Source of the DNA: a virus | Lineage: Duplodnaviria; Caudoviricetes | Virus record (IMG/VR): IMGVR_UViG_3300022208_000005 | Span: 1-54,164 of that record | DNA: 54,164 nucleotides | Reading direction: 5' to 3' (one strand) | In this document: one piece after another, positions 45,163 through 54,164 of the stretch | Numbering within the stretch: the stretch's first letter is position 1 | How the letters are laid out: each line of letters starts with the position of its first letter | Program-made: the position numbers and the translations under genes | The notes under the pieces: model-generated | What the model was told of the DNA's origin: nothing | Seen by the model: the letters and a program-made list of their open reading frames with translations, nothing else | Database searches by the model: none

Positions 45163-46360
45163 TATAGATATATCAAAGTACCTATTACCATTATCTGAGA
45201 TACCAGAAACTGAGATATTAGAGAGTGGTGGTTTCACAGACAAGTTACCATGGTTTCAGGGGGGTTTAGGGTCTTGTGGTGCTATGGCTACAGCAAGAGC
45301 TCTAAGCAGAGTCTTTGGTTTCCCAGTCTCAACCTTGTGGATATTCATATTGGCTAAATTAGCTGAAGACTCATTCCATACAGAAGGGCTGACCTTCAAT
45401 TCTTTAGTTTATGTTTCATGTGAGTTTGGTGTTATACCAGAGTGGATGCTAACTTATAGAGATGACATAGATTGGTCTAATAAGCAGGCACTTAAAAACA
45501 TGCTGACTCCAGAGATGTATGAGTTTGCTGCTAACCATAGAGTAAGAGGTGCTATAAAACTAAGTAGCTCTCTAGAAATACGCAAAGCTCTATCCGCTAA
45601 ACATCCAGTTATATGGGGAGCTACTATTAGCAAAGATTTTAGAAATGATGAAGATGGCCATGTACTTCTTAGCGGTATCTCAGCTGGAGGCCATGCAATG
45701 AATTTGCCCAATTTCGATACCAATTGGGTTTATAAGTTTGATGAGTATTCTCAACCTGATGTAGGTTTTCAGCACATAGACCAAACATGGGACATAGAAA
45801 ACAGGGTATGGGGTGATGACTCAAAAGGTCATATATCTTTTAGAGCCCTAGACTCAGAAATAACCATCATACCAGGTCAACCTGGATTTAAACTATGGAA
45901 TGAGTGTTACGCTTTTGTGCCATTCAAGAGAGACTATGGTAATATGATAATACCACAGCGGGTGGTAAAGCTATTCATTGGGAGAACTGATTATGAGGTA
46001 GATGGTATATCCATGATTTCTGATGTAGCTCCATATATCAAAGATGGTCGTACTATGATTCCCCTAAGAGTAGTTAGTGAGGGTCTGGACTTTGATGTTG
46101 AGTGGTTGGAAAGTACTAGGGATATTGTTATTGGTGATACCTTTGGTAAGATCAAGCTACGTGTTGGCTCTACAAATATATATATGAAATCCATAGTACA
46201 GAAGCTTGATTGGGTAAAATCAGAGATGGTTATGGATGTCCCTGTTGAGATTATTAGCGGTAGGAGTTTTGTGCCAGCAAGATTCATATCTAATAAGATG
46301 AGTTGTGAGGTAGAATGGGATGCCCTAGGGAGAAGTGTAACCATCAAATATTATCAGTAG
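45155..46360 (+). CDS. Papain-like (C1) cysteine peptidase fused to a copper-amine-oxidase-N (stalk) domain
   Basis: QGGLGSC, GGHAM; C-terminal DVAPYIKDGRTMIPLRVVSEGL...V.W and GRSFVPARFIS. Confidence 0.8.
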   Translation: MNNIDISKYLLPLSEIPETEILESGGFTDKLPWFQGGLGSCGAMATARALSRVFGFPVSTLWIFILAKLAEDSFHTEGLTFNSLVYVSCEFGVIPEWMLTYRDDIDWSNKQALKNMLTPEMYEFAANHRVRGAIKLSSSLEIRKALSAKHPVIWGATISKDFRNDEDGHVLLSGISAGGHAMNLPNFDTNWVYKFDEYSQPDVGFQHIDQTWDIENRVWGDDSKGHISFRALDSEITIIPGQPGFKLWNECYAFVPFKRDYGNMIIPQRVVKLFIGRTDYEVDGISMISDVAPYIKDGRTMIPLRVVSEGLDFDVEWLESTRDIVIGDTFGKIKLRVGSTNIYMKSIVQKLDWVKSEMVMDVPVEIISGRSFVPARFISNKMSCEVEWDALGRSVTIKYYQ

Positions 46361-46374
46361 GAGGTAAGAATACT

Positions 46375-47004
46375 ATGTCATATGAGAATGTAGAAGTATT
46401 TATAGTACACTGTAGTGATACTGTAGATAGCTTAATATTAGAAGATCAAGATGCTATTGCTAAATATCATTATTATAATAAGGGTTGGTTGCAGGGAGGA
46501 CCCGATACTGGTGGATACAATGTATATGTTGAATATGTAAATAATAAACCTGAGATCATATGGGGAAGGCCTCTCTGGATGGATGGTGCCCACACAGAAG
46601 GTATGAATCATAAATCTATAGGATTCTGTATGGTTGGTAAGTTTGATAAGGTAGCTCCTCCTCAAGCCTTATTAGCTAAACTTGCAGAGGCTATAAAACT
46701 GGTAGCTGTAGAGATAGGGGGTATGAGACCACTAGAGCCTCATTCTAAATACAACAAGAGTAAGACATGCCCGGGTTTAAAATTTCCTATGGATAAACTT
46801 AGAGATATGGTTACCAAGCCACAGTTCAATGGTACTTTTAGGGACGATGATGGCTTGTGGTCTGAGGAGGATATAGAAAAGGCAGTTAAGTATGGCTTGT
46901 TGACAGGTTATGGCGATGATAACTTTAAACCTGAGAACTTTGTAAAACGTGGTGAGTTAGCAAGTGCGCTTGTTAGACTCTATGAGAAAATGGGGGGTAG
47001 TTAA
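46375..47004 (+). CDS. Endolysin: N-acetylmuramoyl-L-alanine amidase plus SLH domain
   Basis: IVHCS, GAHT.GMN..SIG, H....KTCPG; SLH-like W....I......GLLTGYGDDNFKPE..V.R.E; ATG 46375 with GGAGG. Confidence 0.9.
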   Translation: MSYENVEVFIVHCSDTVDSLILEDQDAIAKYHYYNKGWLQGGPDTGGYNVYVEYVNNKPEIIWGRPLWMDGAHTEGMNHKSIGFCMVGKFDKVAPPQALLAKLAEAIKLVAVEIGGMRPLEPHSKYNKSKTCPGLKFPMDKLRDMVTKPQFNGTFRDDDGLWSEEDIEKAVKYGLLTGYGDDNFKPENFVKRGELASALVRLYEKMGGS

Positions 47005-47005
47005 T

Positions 47006-47197
47006 ATGAACAATATGTTAAAGAGGTTGAAAAGTCCATCCACTATTATTGGCATTACTTCTGCAGTTATTATTGTAGCTCAGAATTTAGGACACAAAGT
47101 ACCTGTTGAGAACGTAGAAAATATTGTAAATGCACTATGTACCATTGGTATCTTATTGGGTATAATGAACAACCCCGATACCAAGGGATTACTATAA
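47006..47197 (+). CDS. Small holin (two transmembrane segments)
   Basis: RLKS...; LGIMNNPDTKG C-terminus. Confidence 0.7.
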   Translation: MNNMLKRLKSPSTIIGITSAVIIVAQNLGHKVPVENVENIVNALCTIGILLGIMNNPDTKGLL

Positions 47198-47204
47198 AGG
47201 AAAG

Positions 47205-47230
47205 AAAGGGCCTACTTGAGTAGGTCCTTT
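47205..47230. terminator. Hairpin at the convergence of the two transcription arms (likely bidirectional terminator)
   Basis: aaagggcctact-tg-agtaggtccttt. Confidence 0.65.
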
Positions 47231-47778
47231 ATCTTTTGGATTAGTTTGGTATCAGTCTTATCCCAAGCCCATTGTTTAGAGGGTTTGTCAATTTTGGCAT
47301 TTCTTAGTATTCTTCTGGCCTTCTTACCTGACATGTTACCCATCAATTCCTTAAGTGTGATTAAGTTATCAGTAGTAGCAGGTTCATTTGAGATGTGTTT
47401 GTCCTTGGCTGGCTTTGATTTATTAGTAGTTTTAACTGGGAGCATTTCATCTACAGCCTTAAGTTTTCCAAACTCAATTTCTTTATTTAAGTAATCATAT
47501 TCTTCACCAAAGCTAATGCCCTCCTCAATCATTTCTTTCATTGAAGCCTTAAGTTGTTTTAGGGTCATTCCTTTATAGTGCTCTATGAATCTTTCTTGAT
47601 TTGTCCTTTTTGGAGTTAGTGTTTCTTCAACATCTGGTGTGAGGGATGGTTGAAGTTTCTCAATTTCAGTTATTAGGTCAGATTTTTTAAGGTTCCACCA
47701 ATTAGATACCTTCATTTCCTTCGCAATTGATTTGAGTTCAGAAGCCTTCATTTCAGAATAATTAGTCATGTTTGACAT
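47212..47778 (-). CDS. DNA-binding protein: N-terminal Rho-N-like module plus C-terminal HTH-like domain
   Basis: YSEMKASELKSIAKEMKVSNWWNLKKSDLI; LITLKEL...KKARRILR. Confidence 0.65.
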   Translation of the reverse strand: MSNMTNYSEMKASELKSIAKEMKVSNWWNLKKSDLITEIEKLQPSLTPDVEETLTPKRTNQERFIEHYKGMTLKQLKASMKEMIEEGISFGEEYDYLNKEIEFGKLKAVDEMLPVKTTNKSKPAKDKHISNEPATTDNLITLKELMGNMSGKKARRILRNAKIDKPSKQWAWDKTDTKLIQKIKDLLK

Positions 47779-47813
47779 CTCCTTTTTTCTGGTGTAGTTG
47801 ATTTGTTAATTAT

Positions 47814-47842
47814 ATTATACCAGAGAACCAGATACATCTCAA
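47814..47842 (-). promoter_or_regulatory. sigmaA-type promoter
   Basis: TTGAGA-17 nt-TATAAT with extended -10 TG. Confidence 0.72.
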
Positions 47843-47857
47843 TAGAAACCCTAGGGA

Positions 47858-48154
47858 TTATTTTAGGAGTTTCTTTATTTCCTCAGCTTGAACTTTAGAC
47901 CACATGTATGGCTTATTGATATCAGCTTTTCTAAGCCTTCCTCTAGCCTTACCAGCACTAACCTTCAACTCTTTGCATAGATCATCTAATGATATCAATT
48001 TATTTTGTGTCTTCTTCTTAACCTTGGGTACTCTTTTCTTTCTAGGTTCAACTACCTTAACCTTGTCCTCCTTACCCTTTATTGATTTTCTAGCTTTTCT
48101 TATTATGTTGTCTGCTCTCCTATTTGCTACTTTCTCTTCCTTTAATGTTGTCAT
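47858..48154 (-). CDS. Basic HTH-like protein, paralogous to the C-terminus of 47212-47778
   Basis: LISLDDLCKELKVSAGKARGRLRKADINKP. Confidence 0.6.
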   Translation of the reverse strand: MTTLKEEKVANRRADNIIRKARKSIKGKEDKVKVVEPRKKRVPKVKKKTQNKLISLDDLCKELKVSAGKARGRLRKADINKPYMWSKVQAEEIKKLLK

Positions 48155-48155
48155 A

Positions 48156-49742
48156 TCATCTCAACCTTTCAGCTCTTTTAGCTTTTGATCTTATGGTTTC
48201 CAGTATATGAAAATCAATACTATTCTCTATCTCACACATTACATGTATAACTTGGCAACGTTTCTTTTGACCATTCCTCAATATTCTTGCTACAGCCTGT
48301 TTAAATTCCTCATAGCTAGCAGTCTGTGAATAAAACATAACCTTGGAAGCTCTTTGTAGGTTAAGACCCACACTTCCAGCTGATATCTGTAGTATTAACA
48401 CATCTATCTTACCAGCTTGGAAATCAAGATTAATTTTATCCTTATTCTTAGTTTTACCATGATAAGTTCTAATTTTTAATGACTTCTTATTCTTCTTGAT
48501 CTTAGCTAATTCCTTTTGTAGGCCCTCAATTTCTGGTAGATACTTACAGAATATAATGATGGGTTCATGATAATCTTTTACAAAGTCAACTACAGTATTT
48601 ATACCAGCCTTACTCACTTGTCTTATAGTACCATCCTCAGCCTTTACAAAGCCACCGGTTATTTGTTGTAACCTTAAAGCTTTTGTGATAGCTAACTCAG
48701 CAGAGGCTACATTCTCTAATAGGTCTGCAGCTTTGAATAGTAGTTGTCTATATGAATCTCTCTTATTTATCCTTATATCATTTGCTTTTAATAACTTCTT
48801 CAATTCATTCCTACTGAGCTCTTGTGATACTTCATCTAATATAGCTACCATTTCTTTGTCCATATCTCTATATAGCTTTGCTGCTTTTGGTTCTAACTCA
48901 TAGGTAATATATAGATCATCTAATTGCTTAGGTAGGTCTATACAGTCCTCAAGCTTAACTAGGTAGGATGTATCCTTCACAACCTTTTCTAGTAAGTCCT
49001 CATCTACATATCCCATTATCTCCGGATATCCTTTGTAGTTTCTTATAATCATGTGTTCTTCTCTAAAGTCTTTGAATTTAGTACCAAATGGTGATTCACT
49101 GCCATAGATGATATTATATGGCATAAATATATCTTCCCAACCATTAGACATGGGTGTACCTGTCATACCTATCCTATACTCACATCCTCTAGTAAGTTGT
49201 AGTACCTTTTTAGATATGGCAGCATCTGGGTTTTTGAGTTTGTGTATCTCATCCACAACTAGTACTTGGGGCTTAAACTTCCTTATCTCTTTAAACATTA
49301 CCCGGGATTTCTCATAATTCACAAGTAGTATCTGTAGTCTTGGAGTGCTTATACTATCTATGATATCTGATTTCTTCCCCTTATGACCTTGAGCTTTTAA
49401 TTCCTTCAATGTTAGATTGTTTAGATCTTCTTTTAGGAAATCAATGTAGGCTTCATGTCTTTGAGCTTTTGATCTTTGATCTAAGGATTCAATAATATAC
49501 TCTTTACGTTTCAGGTTCTGGAACCTATTTATCTCTCTCATCCAATTATAGATAAGATTCTTAGGGACTACAATCATAACACGAGTAATTCCCTGTTCTT
49601 TATATAACTTCTCTGCCAACCTTACTATTGTTGGGGTCTTACCAGTTCCCATGTCCATGAATAAGGGAAAGTGCTTATGTTTTAATACCAAATTTATAGC
49701 TTTCTCTTGATGTTTATATAACTTATACCTTTTCTTCTTCAT
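48156..49742 (-). CDS. SNF2-family (SF2) helicase
   Basis: MDMGTGKT, VDEIHKLKN, MTGTP, GLNLQ, Q...R..R.GQ. Confidence 0.9.
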   Translation of the reverse strand: MKKKRYKLYKHQEKAINLVLKHKHFPLFMDMGTGKTPTIVRLAEKLYKEQGITRVMIVVPKNLIYNWMREINRFQNLKRKEYIIESLDQRSKAQRHEAYIDFLKEDLNNLTLKELKAQGHKGKKSDIIDSISTPRLQILLVNYEKSRVMFKEIRKFKPQVLVVDEIHKLKNPDAAISKKVLQLTRGCEYRIGMTGTPMSNGWEDIFMPYNIIYGSESPFGTKFKDFREEHMIIRNYKGYPEIMGYVDEDLLEKVVKDTSYLVKLEDCIDLPKQLDDLYITYELEPKAAKLYRDMDKEMVAILDEVSQELSRNELKKLLKANDIRINKRDSYRQLLFKAADLLENVASAELAITKALRLQQITGGFVKAEDGTIRQVSKAGINTVVDFVKDYHEPIIIFCKYLPEIEGLQKELAKIKKNKKSLKIRTYHGKTKNKDKINLDFQAGKIDVLILQISAGSVGLNLQRASKVMFYSQTASYEEFKQAVARILRNGQKKRCQVIHVMCEIENSIDFHILETIRSKAKRAERLR

Positions 49743-50032
49743 AGCAATTTACCTAATTGCTCCATGCTGTGTTTTACATTAGTGGACATAAATGCTATAC
49801 CCCCTGCTCTATTTATTTTCATTATAACCTGTTCCTGTTTTAGTGTCAAGGTATCCTCCTTCCCAGGGACTTTTACTTCTATACCAATAAACCTACCATG
49901 TATACATCCTACTAAATCAGGTAGGCCTACTGCTTGGAATATACTCCCATGTGTTTTGAATACATATGATTTCTTTCTGTAGTGTTTCTGTATTGCTTTC
50001 CTTATATTATCTACAACTGTGTTTTCTCTCAT
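49739..50032 (-). CDS. VRR-NUC domain nuclease (Holliday-junction-resolvase-like)
   Basis: GLPDL...GRFIGIEVK...Q......AGG. Confidence 0.85.
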   Translation of the reverse strand: MRENTVVDNIRKAIQKHYRKKSYVFKTHGSIFQAVGLPDLVGCIHGRFIGIEVKVPGKEDTLTLKQEQVIMKINRAGGIAFMSTNVKHSMEQLGKLL

Positions 50033-50070
50033 ATAAAAAAAGAAGAGGAGCCTAAGCCCCTCTATTCCCC

Positions 50071-50232
50071 CTAGTCTCTTAATTTAAAAGGTACACCAAT
50101 CTCCCCAGTTTTAAACTCAGCACCAGATTGAGTTATAATTACTGTATCATGAGGGCAACCCCATTTGTTGATAAACTCTTCCATAGGTTTACATGCGGCT
50201 TTAAAATCATTTGCTCTTTCTTGATTGACCAT
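50071..50232 (-). CDS. 53-aa hypothetical protein
   Basis: Hand-translated MVNQERANDFKAACKPMEEFINKWGCPHDTVIITQSGAEF...; ribosome site present. Confidence 0.5.
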   Translation of the reverse strand: MVNQERANDFKAACKPMEEFINKWGCPHDTVIITQSGAEFKTGEIGVPFKLRD

Positions 50233-50244
50233 ATTTATTACCCC

Positions 50245-51030
50245 CTATTCCTCATCATCTTCTTCTAACAGTTCAATTAATGCTGGTTTCTTATCCTTCT
50301 TCTTGTTGAATTTAATACCCCGTTCTTTACACTCAGCTTGTAGATCTTTTAGATCCCAGTCTTCATAGTCATCGTCATCATCTGAGTCATCATCGCCATC
50401 ATCAGAATCCTCTAATAAGTCTAATTCTTCAAGAGCTTCTGTGATATCTTCTTCATCTTCACCCATAATCTTTTTAATCAGGGCAGACTCCTTATCCTTA
50501 GACTTATATTTAATGTCTAATTCATCACAGACCTCCTTTAGGTCGTCTATGTCTAGTCCTTTTAGGACCTCCTCAACATCTACATCATCATCATCAGAGT
50601 CATCATCTTCTGAGTCATCTTCAGGGTTGATAAATTCTACAATGCGGGATTTTTTCTTCCCCTCATAGGTCTCATGTGCTACTTCCACATTACATTCTAA
50701 ACCTATGAGGTCATTGATATCCAACTCAAATTCATCTGTTGGTATATCAAACCCTAGGGCTTCAAGTAAGGCCTTAATACTGAATAATGCCTGTGGTTGA
50801 AGTGAACATGTGTGGAAGAGTTTACTACCCTTATTCTTTCCTTCAGCTATCTCAAAAGTAAAATCGATTTTAGGTTTATCATTTTTAGATTCACCAGCTT
50901 CAGCCTCTGTTAATGTTACTTGATAAACACCCTCTGGTATAACCTTAAATCCTGAACTTACTTCTGATAAATTACCTACCTTTACGGTGTTGCCCTTCTT
51001 ACTACCTCTTCTTGATGATTTCTTAGCCAT
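50245..51030 (-). CDS. Single-stranded DNA-binding protein (DUF669-like) with acidic tail and two SAP/Rho-N-like modules
   Basis: IPEGVY.V....AE...SK, F.I..G...G, DLIG....V.V..E.Y.GK. Confidence 0.8.
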   Translation of the reverse strand: MAKKSSRRGSKKGNTVKVGNLSEVSSGFKVIPEGVYQVTLTEAEAGESKNDKPKIDFTFEIAEGKNKGSKLFHTCSLQPQALFSIKALLEALGFDIPTDEFELDINDLIGLECNVEVAHETYEGKKKSRIVEFINPEDDSEDDDSDDDDVDVEEVLKGLDIDDLKEVCDELDIKYKSKDKESALIKKIMGEDEEDITEALEELDLLEDSDDGDDDSDDDDDYEDWDLKDLQAECKERGIKFNKKKDKKPALIELLEEDDEE

Positions 51031-51032
51031 TG

Positions 51033-51911
51033 TTATTTCCTCCTCTTTTTCTTCTTAGTATTTTTAACTTTGGGTTCTGACCAATCACCTTTCATGATGG
51101 TCTGTATATCATCCCAAATGTCTTTACCATCATTTCTGGATAGATCATTTACCAGATACATTGGACAGGGTGAACCTTTAGGTCTGGTGAATTTAGTAAT
51201 ATAATAGGGGTTAGGTCCTATCCTAAGCCTATACTCAATCTCCCTCTTTACTTTGAGGTCACTAGTTTTCTCAATGGTTTCATAGAGATAAGTATGCCCT
51301 ATTATTCTTGAGGCAGAACCTAGGAATGTAGCAACAGATGGCATTAAGCCAGGACCAACCTCTGGCATTAGTTGTTCATCTCCTTCACCATCACCACCCT
51401 CCATTCTAGTTTGTGCAATAAAGCAAACAGTAACTCCATGGTCAGCTAAGTCCTTATACATTTGTATAATTTCTTTTAAGTTACCAGATGAAAAGCCATA
51501 GAGTTGTTGTGACATCTTATTCTTATTATTCTCTTCCATAGTTTCTTGATGTGAGATCTCTTGTGCTATTGTAAGATGATCTAACACCACAGAACCTGTA
51601 GAATAGATATCAAGATTGTCCATAATATATTCATGAACATCATAGATATCATCTAAACTAGTAACCCTTAATACTTTTATGTCTCCCTTCTTAACACCAA
51701 TACCCTTAGCTGATTCTGTCCCCTTGTCTTTAATATCAAGGAATAGTTGTGGCTTAGGTAATGTAGATGCTACAGTAGTTTTACCAGTTCCACCTCTACC
51801 ATAAAGTGTGATTATCTTTGGGGCATCTAAATCGTAAAGATCAACCATCCTTTCTTCTATTGCGTGCTTTTTCTTTTCTTGTGCTTTTGGTTTCTTCTTT
51901 ACCTTTGCCAT
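51033..51911 (-). CDS. AAA_24 / Sak4-like ATPase (single-strand annealing recombinase)
   Basis: LYGRGGTGKTT, VVLDHLT; lies between the exonuclease and SSB genes. Confidence 0.8.
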   Translation of the reverse strand: MAKVKKKPKAQEKKKHAIEERMVDLYDLDAPKIITLYGRGGTGKTTVASTLPKPQLFLDIKDKGTESAKGIGVKKGDIKVLRVTSLDDIYDVHEYIMDNLDIYSTGSVVLDHLTIAQEISHQETMEENNKNKMSQQLYGFSSGNLKEIIQMYKDLADHGVTVCFIAQTRMEGGDGEGDEQLMPEVGPGLMPSVATFLGSASRIIGHTYLYETIEKTSDLKVKREIEYRLRIGPNPYYITKFTRPKGSPCPMYLVNDLSRNDGKDIWDDIQTIMKGDWSEPKVKNTKKKKRRK

Positions 51912-52848
51912 TATTTTCCCTCCTTTCATATAGTTTCTTTATCACAAAGTCAACATCTAAGCCCCTTAAATCAGCTTGACATATTGGCTTATATGAACAC
52001 CAAGAACAATCTTTACTGAAATTTCTTATTTTGTTTTTGTGCCCTTCCTTATGGATTAACTTAGCTAGGTCTATAGTTTCTCCCATGTATTGCTTAACTG
52101 TATTCTTAGGTATCCTTACCTGGTGTCTTAGGAAGAAGCTATCATATTCAAAGCTATTGATATAGTCTTCATGATCTTTAGGGTCAAGGCCTAATTCAAT
52201 TATTCCTTTCCTAACCGTTAATGGGGTAGATGCAAGTTTTGCTTTTGATAATACACCTTTGGTAGTTAGTGTAGGTTTGGATGGGGGCTTACCTGCAATA
52301 ATGTTCCATAATATTCCAGGGGGTTCATAACCCAATTGATTCATGGCCCAGATATACCTAAAACCCTGGGGATTAAATATCATGAAATCCAGGTCGGGCC
52401 ATCTAGCAAATACCTTAGTCTCAAGGGGCCATACAATACTTTTAGAATCTTCTACTATACCATCAATATAACCTTCCATATCAATATCTTTAGTTAGTGG
52501 TAACATGAAGTGTAGTTCAGTTTCTAGATATGTTAGATCATCATCATTACCATAATACTCAAAATAGTTATCACAGATTATTTCTACAATCTCGGGTACA
52601 TCTCCTATTTCTTGTATCTCTGAGGGTATGTGTTTCTCATTGAACTCCTTCCTAAAAGTGGCTACTGATTTTTTCCAAGACTTCCCTTTATGGAAAGTGT
52701 CTATAGCATCATGTACACCAGAACCTCTTTGTAATGGCATGGCTTTTAGTTTCTTAACCAAACCACCATAGTACTTCACATGATGCGCATAGGGACATCT
52801 AAGATATAGAGTTAATCTGGAGTTTGAAACTTTGAACTTATCACTCAT
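51841..52848 (-). CDS. PD-(D/E)XK exonuclease (Cas4/RecB-like)
   Basis: S.S....Y..CP, GSGVH, E..F, GYIDG...ETK, C.WC.Y...C. Confidence 0.85.
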   Translation of the reverse strand: MSDKFKVSNSRLTLYLRCPYAHHVKYYGGLVKKLKAMPLQRGSGVHDAIDTFHKGKSWKKSVATFRKEFNEKHIPSEIQEIGDVPEIVEIICDNYFEYYGNDDDLTYLETELHFMLPLTKDIDMEGYIDGIVEDSKSIVWPLETKVFARWPDLDFMIFNPQGFRYIWAMNQLGYEPPGILWNIIAGKPPSKPTLTTKGVLSKAKLASTPLTVRKGIIELGLDPKDHEDYINSFEYDSFFLRHQVRIPKNTVKQYMGETIDLAKLIHKEGHKNKIRNFSKDCSWCSYKPICQADLRGLDVDFVIKKLYERRENNGKGKEETKSTRKEKARNRRKDG

Positions 52849-52870
52849 ATAATATATCTCCTTTCAATAG

Positions 52871-52899
52871 ATTATACCATTAGTATTTCCCCAAGTCAA
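52871..52899 (-). promoter_or_regulatory. sigmaA-type promoter of the recombination operon
   Basis: TTGACT-17 nt-TATAAT with extended -10 TG. Confidence 0.6.
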
Positions 52900-54164
52900 T
52901 AGGCTTAATGCCAGCCTGTTTAAAGTAATCTTCCCAACCTATTGTATCTCCCCAGGCATCACCAATCTCTATATCTACTACAATTGGAATATCAGTTTTA
53001 AAATTGAATACCTCAACCAGAGCTTTTGGGTTTTCCATTATAGCTTTTACCTTAGGCACAAATTCTGATAGGTAATCTTCTTGGACCAACCATAATACCG
53101 CATCATGTACTGTGCCAATACTTACACATTTATCCCTATTAAGTTTCAATTTCTTGTGGTAGTATTTAGCGTACCCCATAGACTCTATCAGTCCTAGTAA
53201 AGTTAAATCACTACCAAAGCCTTGTACTGGGGAGTTTATGCTTTGTCTTTCTGCCTCAGCTCTCTTTCCCTGATCTGATGAGTTTATATCTGGTAATCTC
53301 CTTAATCTACCAATTAATGATCTAACCTGACCCTGTGCTTTTACTATCCTCCTTTGCCTTATATGCCAATCAGCAAGATCACCATAGGTATCAAAGAATC
53401 TAGCTCTGTATTGTTTAGCCTCAGCCTCTGTGAGTTTAATTCCATAGGTGTCCCTAGCATAATCTTTAAACTTCTTCCAACCCATACCATATAGGAACCC
53501 AAAATTAACAGCTTTAGCTTTCTTTCTTTTCTCCTTTTTAACTGCTGGGTCTTTCTCATCATTAATATCTTCTCCGGATACAATATTGTAAGTGGCATCA
53601 TGTATATCCCCACCCTCTACATATATCCTCCTCATTTCTCTTTCCCCACTCATCATGGTAGCTATCCTTAACTCAGCTTGTGAATAGTCAGCCTCCACAA
53701 ATTTCCAACCTGGCCTTACATTGCCTATTAGGGTCCTTATAGCTTTATCTCTAGGTACCTGTTGAAGGTTTGGGTCAGTACATGAAGTTCTACCTGTTAC
53801 AGTGCCATTAAGCTTGAATTTTGGGTATATCTTACCATCGAACATTCTATCTATCCAACCTTCAATAAAATGAGTAAGCTGGATTTTAATTCCACGATAA
53901 TCTAAGATTAGTTGTGCTATGGGGTGTAAATCTCTTAGTCTCATTAATGCTGATTCTGCTGTAGATGGGTTACCAGTATCAGTCTCCTCCATGACCGGTA
54001 ACTTTAACTCCTCAAATAATAATTTTCCAACCTGTTGGGTTGAACTCCAATTTATAATCTTCTTATACCTCTTGAGCTTCTTTCTCACAGCTTTAAGCTT
54101 TAGATGTATATGAGCTTCTGCTTCTGTGAATTTCTCTCTTCTTATAGGTACCCCATGTTCCTCA
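52880..54164 (-). CDS. polA: DNA polymerase family A, polymerase domain (continuation of 1287 to 1)
   Basis: TVTGRTS..PNLQQ, motif A DYSQAELR, motif B RKKAKAVNFGFLYG, INSPVQG, motif C VHDA. Confidence 0.95.
   Translation of the reverse strand, partial: EEHGVPIRREKFTEAEAHIHLKLKAVRKKLKRYKKIINWSSTQQVGKLLFEELKLPVMEETDTGNPSTAESALMRLRDLHPIAQLILDYRGIKIQLTHFIEGWIDRMFDGKIYPKFKLNGTVTGRTSCTDPNLQQVPRDKAIRTLIGNVRPGWKFVEADYSQAELRIATMMSGEREMRRIYVEGGDIHDATYNIVSGEDINDEKDPAVKKEKRKKAKAVNFGFLYGMGWKKFKDYARDTYGIKLTEAEAKQYRARFFDTYGDLADWHIRQRRIVKAQGQVRSLIGRLRRLPDINSSDQGKRAEAERQSINSPVQGFGSDLTLLGLIESMGYAKYYHKKLKLNRDKCVSIGTVHDAVLWLVQEDYLSEFVPKVKAIMENPKALVEVFNFKTDIPIVVDIEIGDAWGDTIGWEDYFKQAGIKPIDLGKY
54039..54164. repeat. 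Terminal overlap, copy 2 (identical to 8-133)
   Basis: Direct sequence match. Confidence 0.95.

Noticed and set aside
20840-46665. Many antisense ORFs in the track (for example 20840-21298, 25232-25699, 35081-36757)
   Set aside because: They are shadows of well-supported genes on the opposite strand, without ribosome sites or motifs.
51841-52848. Cas4 as evidence of a CRISPR system
   Set aside because: Its exonuclease-Sak4-SSB context is the ordinary phage recombination module.
54039-54164. Biological direct terminal repeat
   Set aside because: It falls in the middle of polA and has a k-mer-like length, so an assembly overlap is the better explanation.
1-54164. Lysogeny module, tRNAs, introns or inteins, diversity-generating retroelement
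   Set aside because: I recognised no integrase, repressor, reverse transcriptase, cloverleaf or interrupted polA/terL. Detection of RNA genes by eye is weak, so tRNAscan-SE and Infernal should still be run.

Overview
The window is an apparently complete, circularly permuted tailed-phage genome of about 54.0 kb. Positions 8-133 recur at 54039-54164, and a family-A DNA polymerase gene runs through that join. The AT-rich sequence, sigmaA-type promoters, strong AGGAGG ribosome sites, SLH and stalk domains and a SleB-like hydrolase point to a Firmicutes host (inference). A minus-strand arm (16105 to 1, then 54164 to 47212) carries early accessory cassettes, nucleotide metabolism and replication genes. 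A plus-strand arm (17014-47197) carries small genes, an HK97-type head, a contractile tail with baseplate, and lysis genes. I found no integrase or repressor. The main signal is a coupled operon directly upstream of the polymerase: a dNMP kinase, a dCTPase/dUTPase-like enzyme and two thymidylate-synthase-fold paralogs. Both paralogs carry Asp where dUMP-specific ThyA has Asn177, the dCMP-specific signature of T4 gp42. The polymerase has a catalytically degenerate UDG-like N-terminal domain. Together these suggest pre-replicative cytosine replacement, possibly by a two-subunit enzyme, with no glycosyltransferase visible. Other signals are a possible -1 frameshift fusing portal to the MuF-like head protein, an in-frame TGA splitting a membrane-anchored SleB hydrolase, SAP/Rho-N-like modules in at least five proteins, iteron-like repeats at the strand switch, strong CpG depletion, and a lysis region containing a papain-like protease and a ComEA-like protein. 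All family assignments come from motif recognition by eye; no database searches were run.
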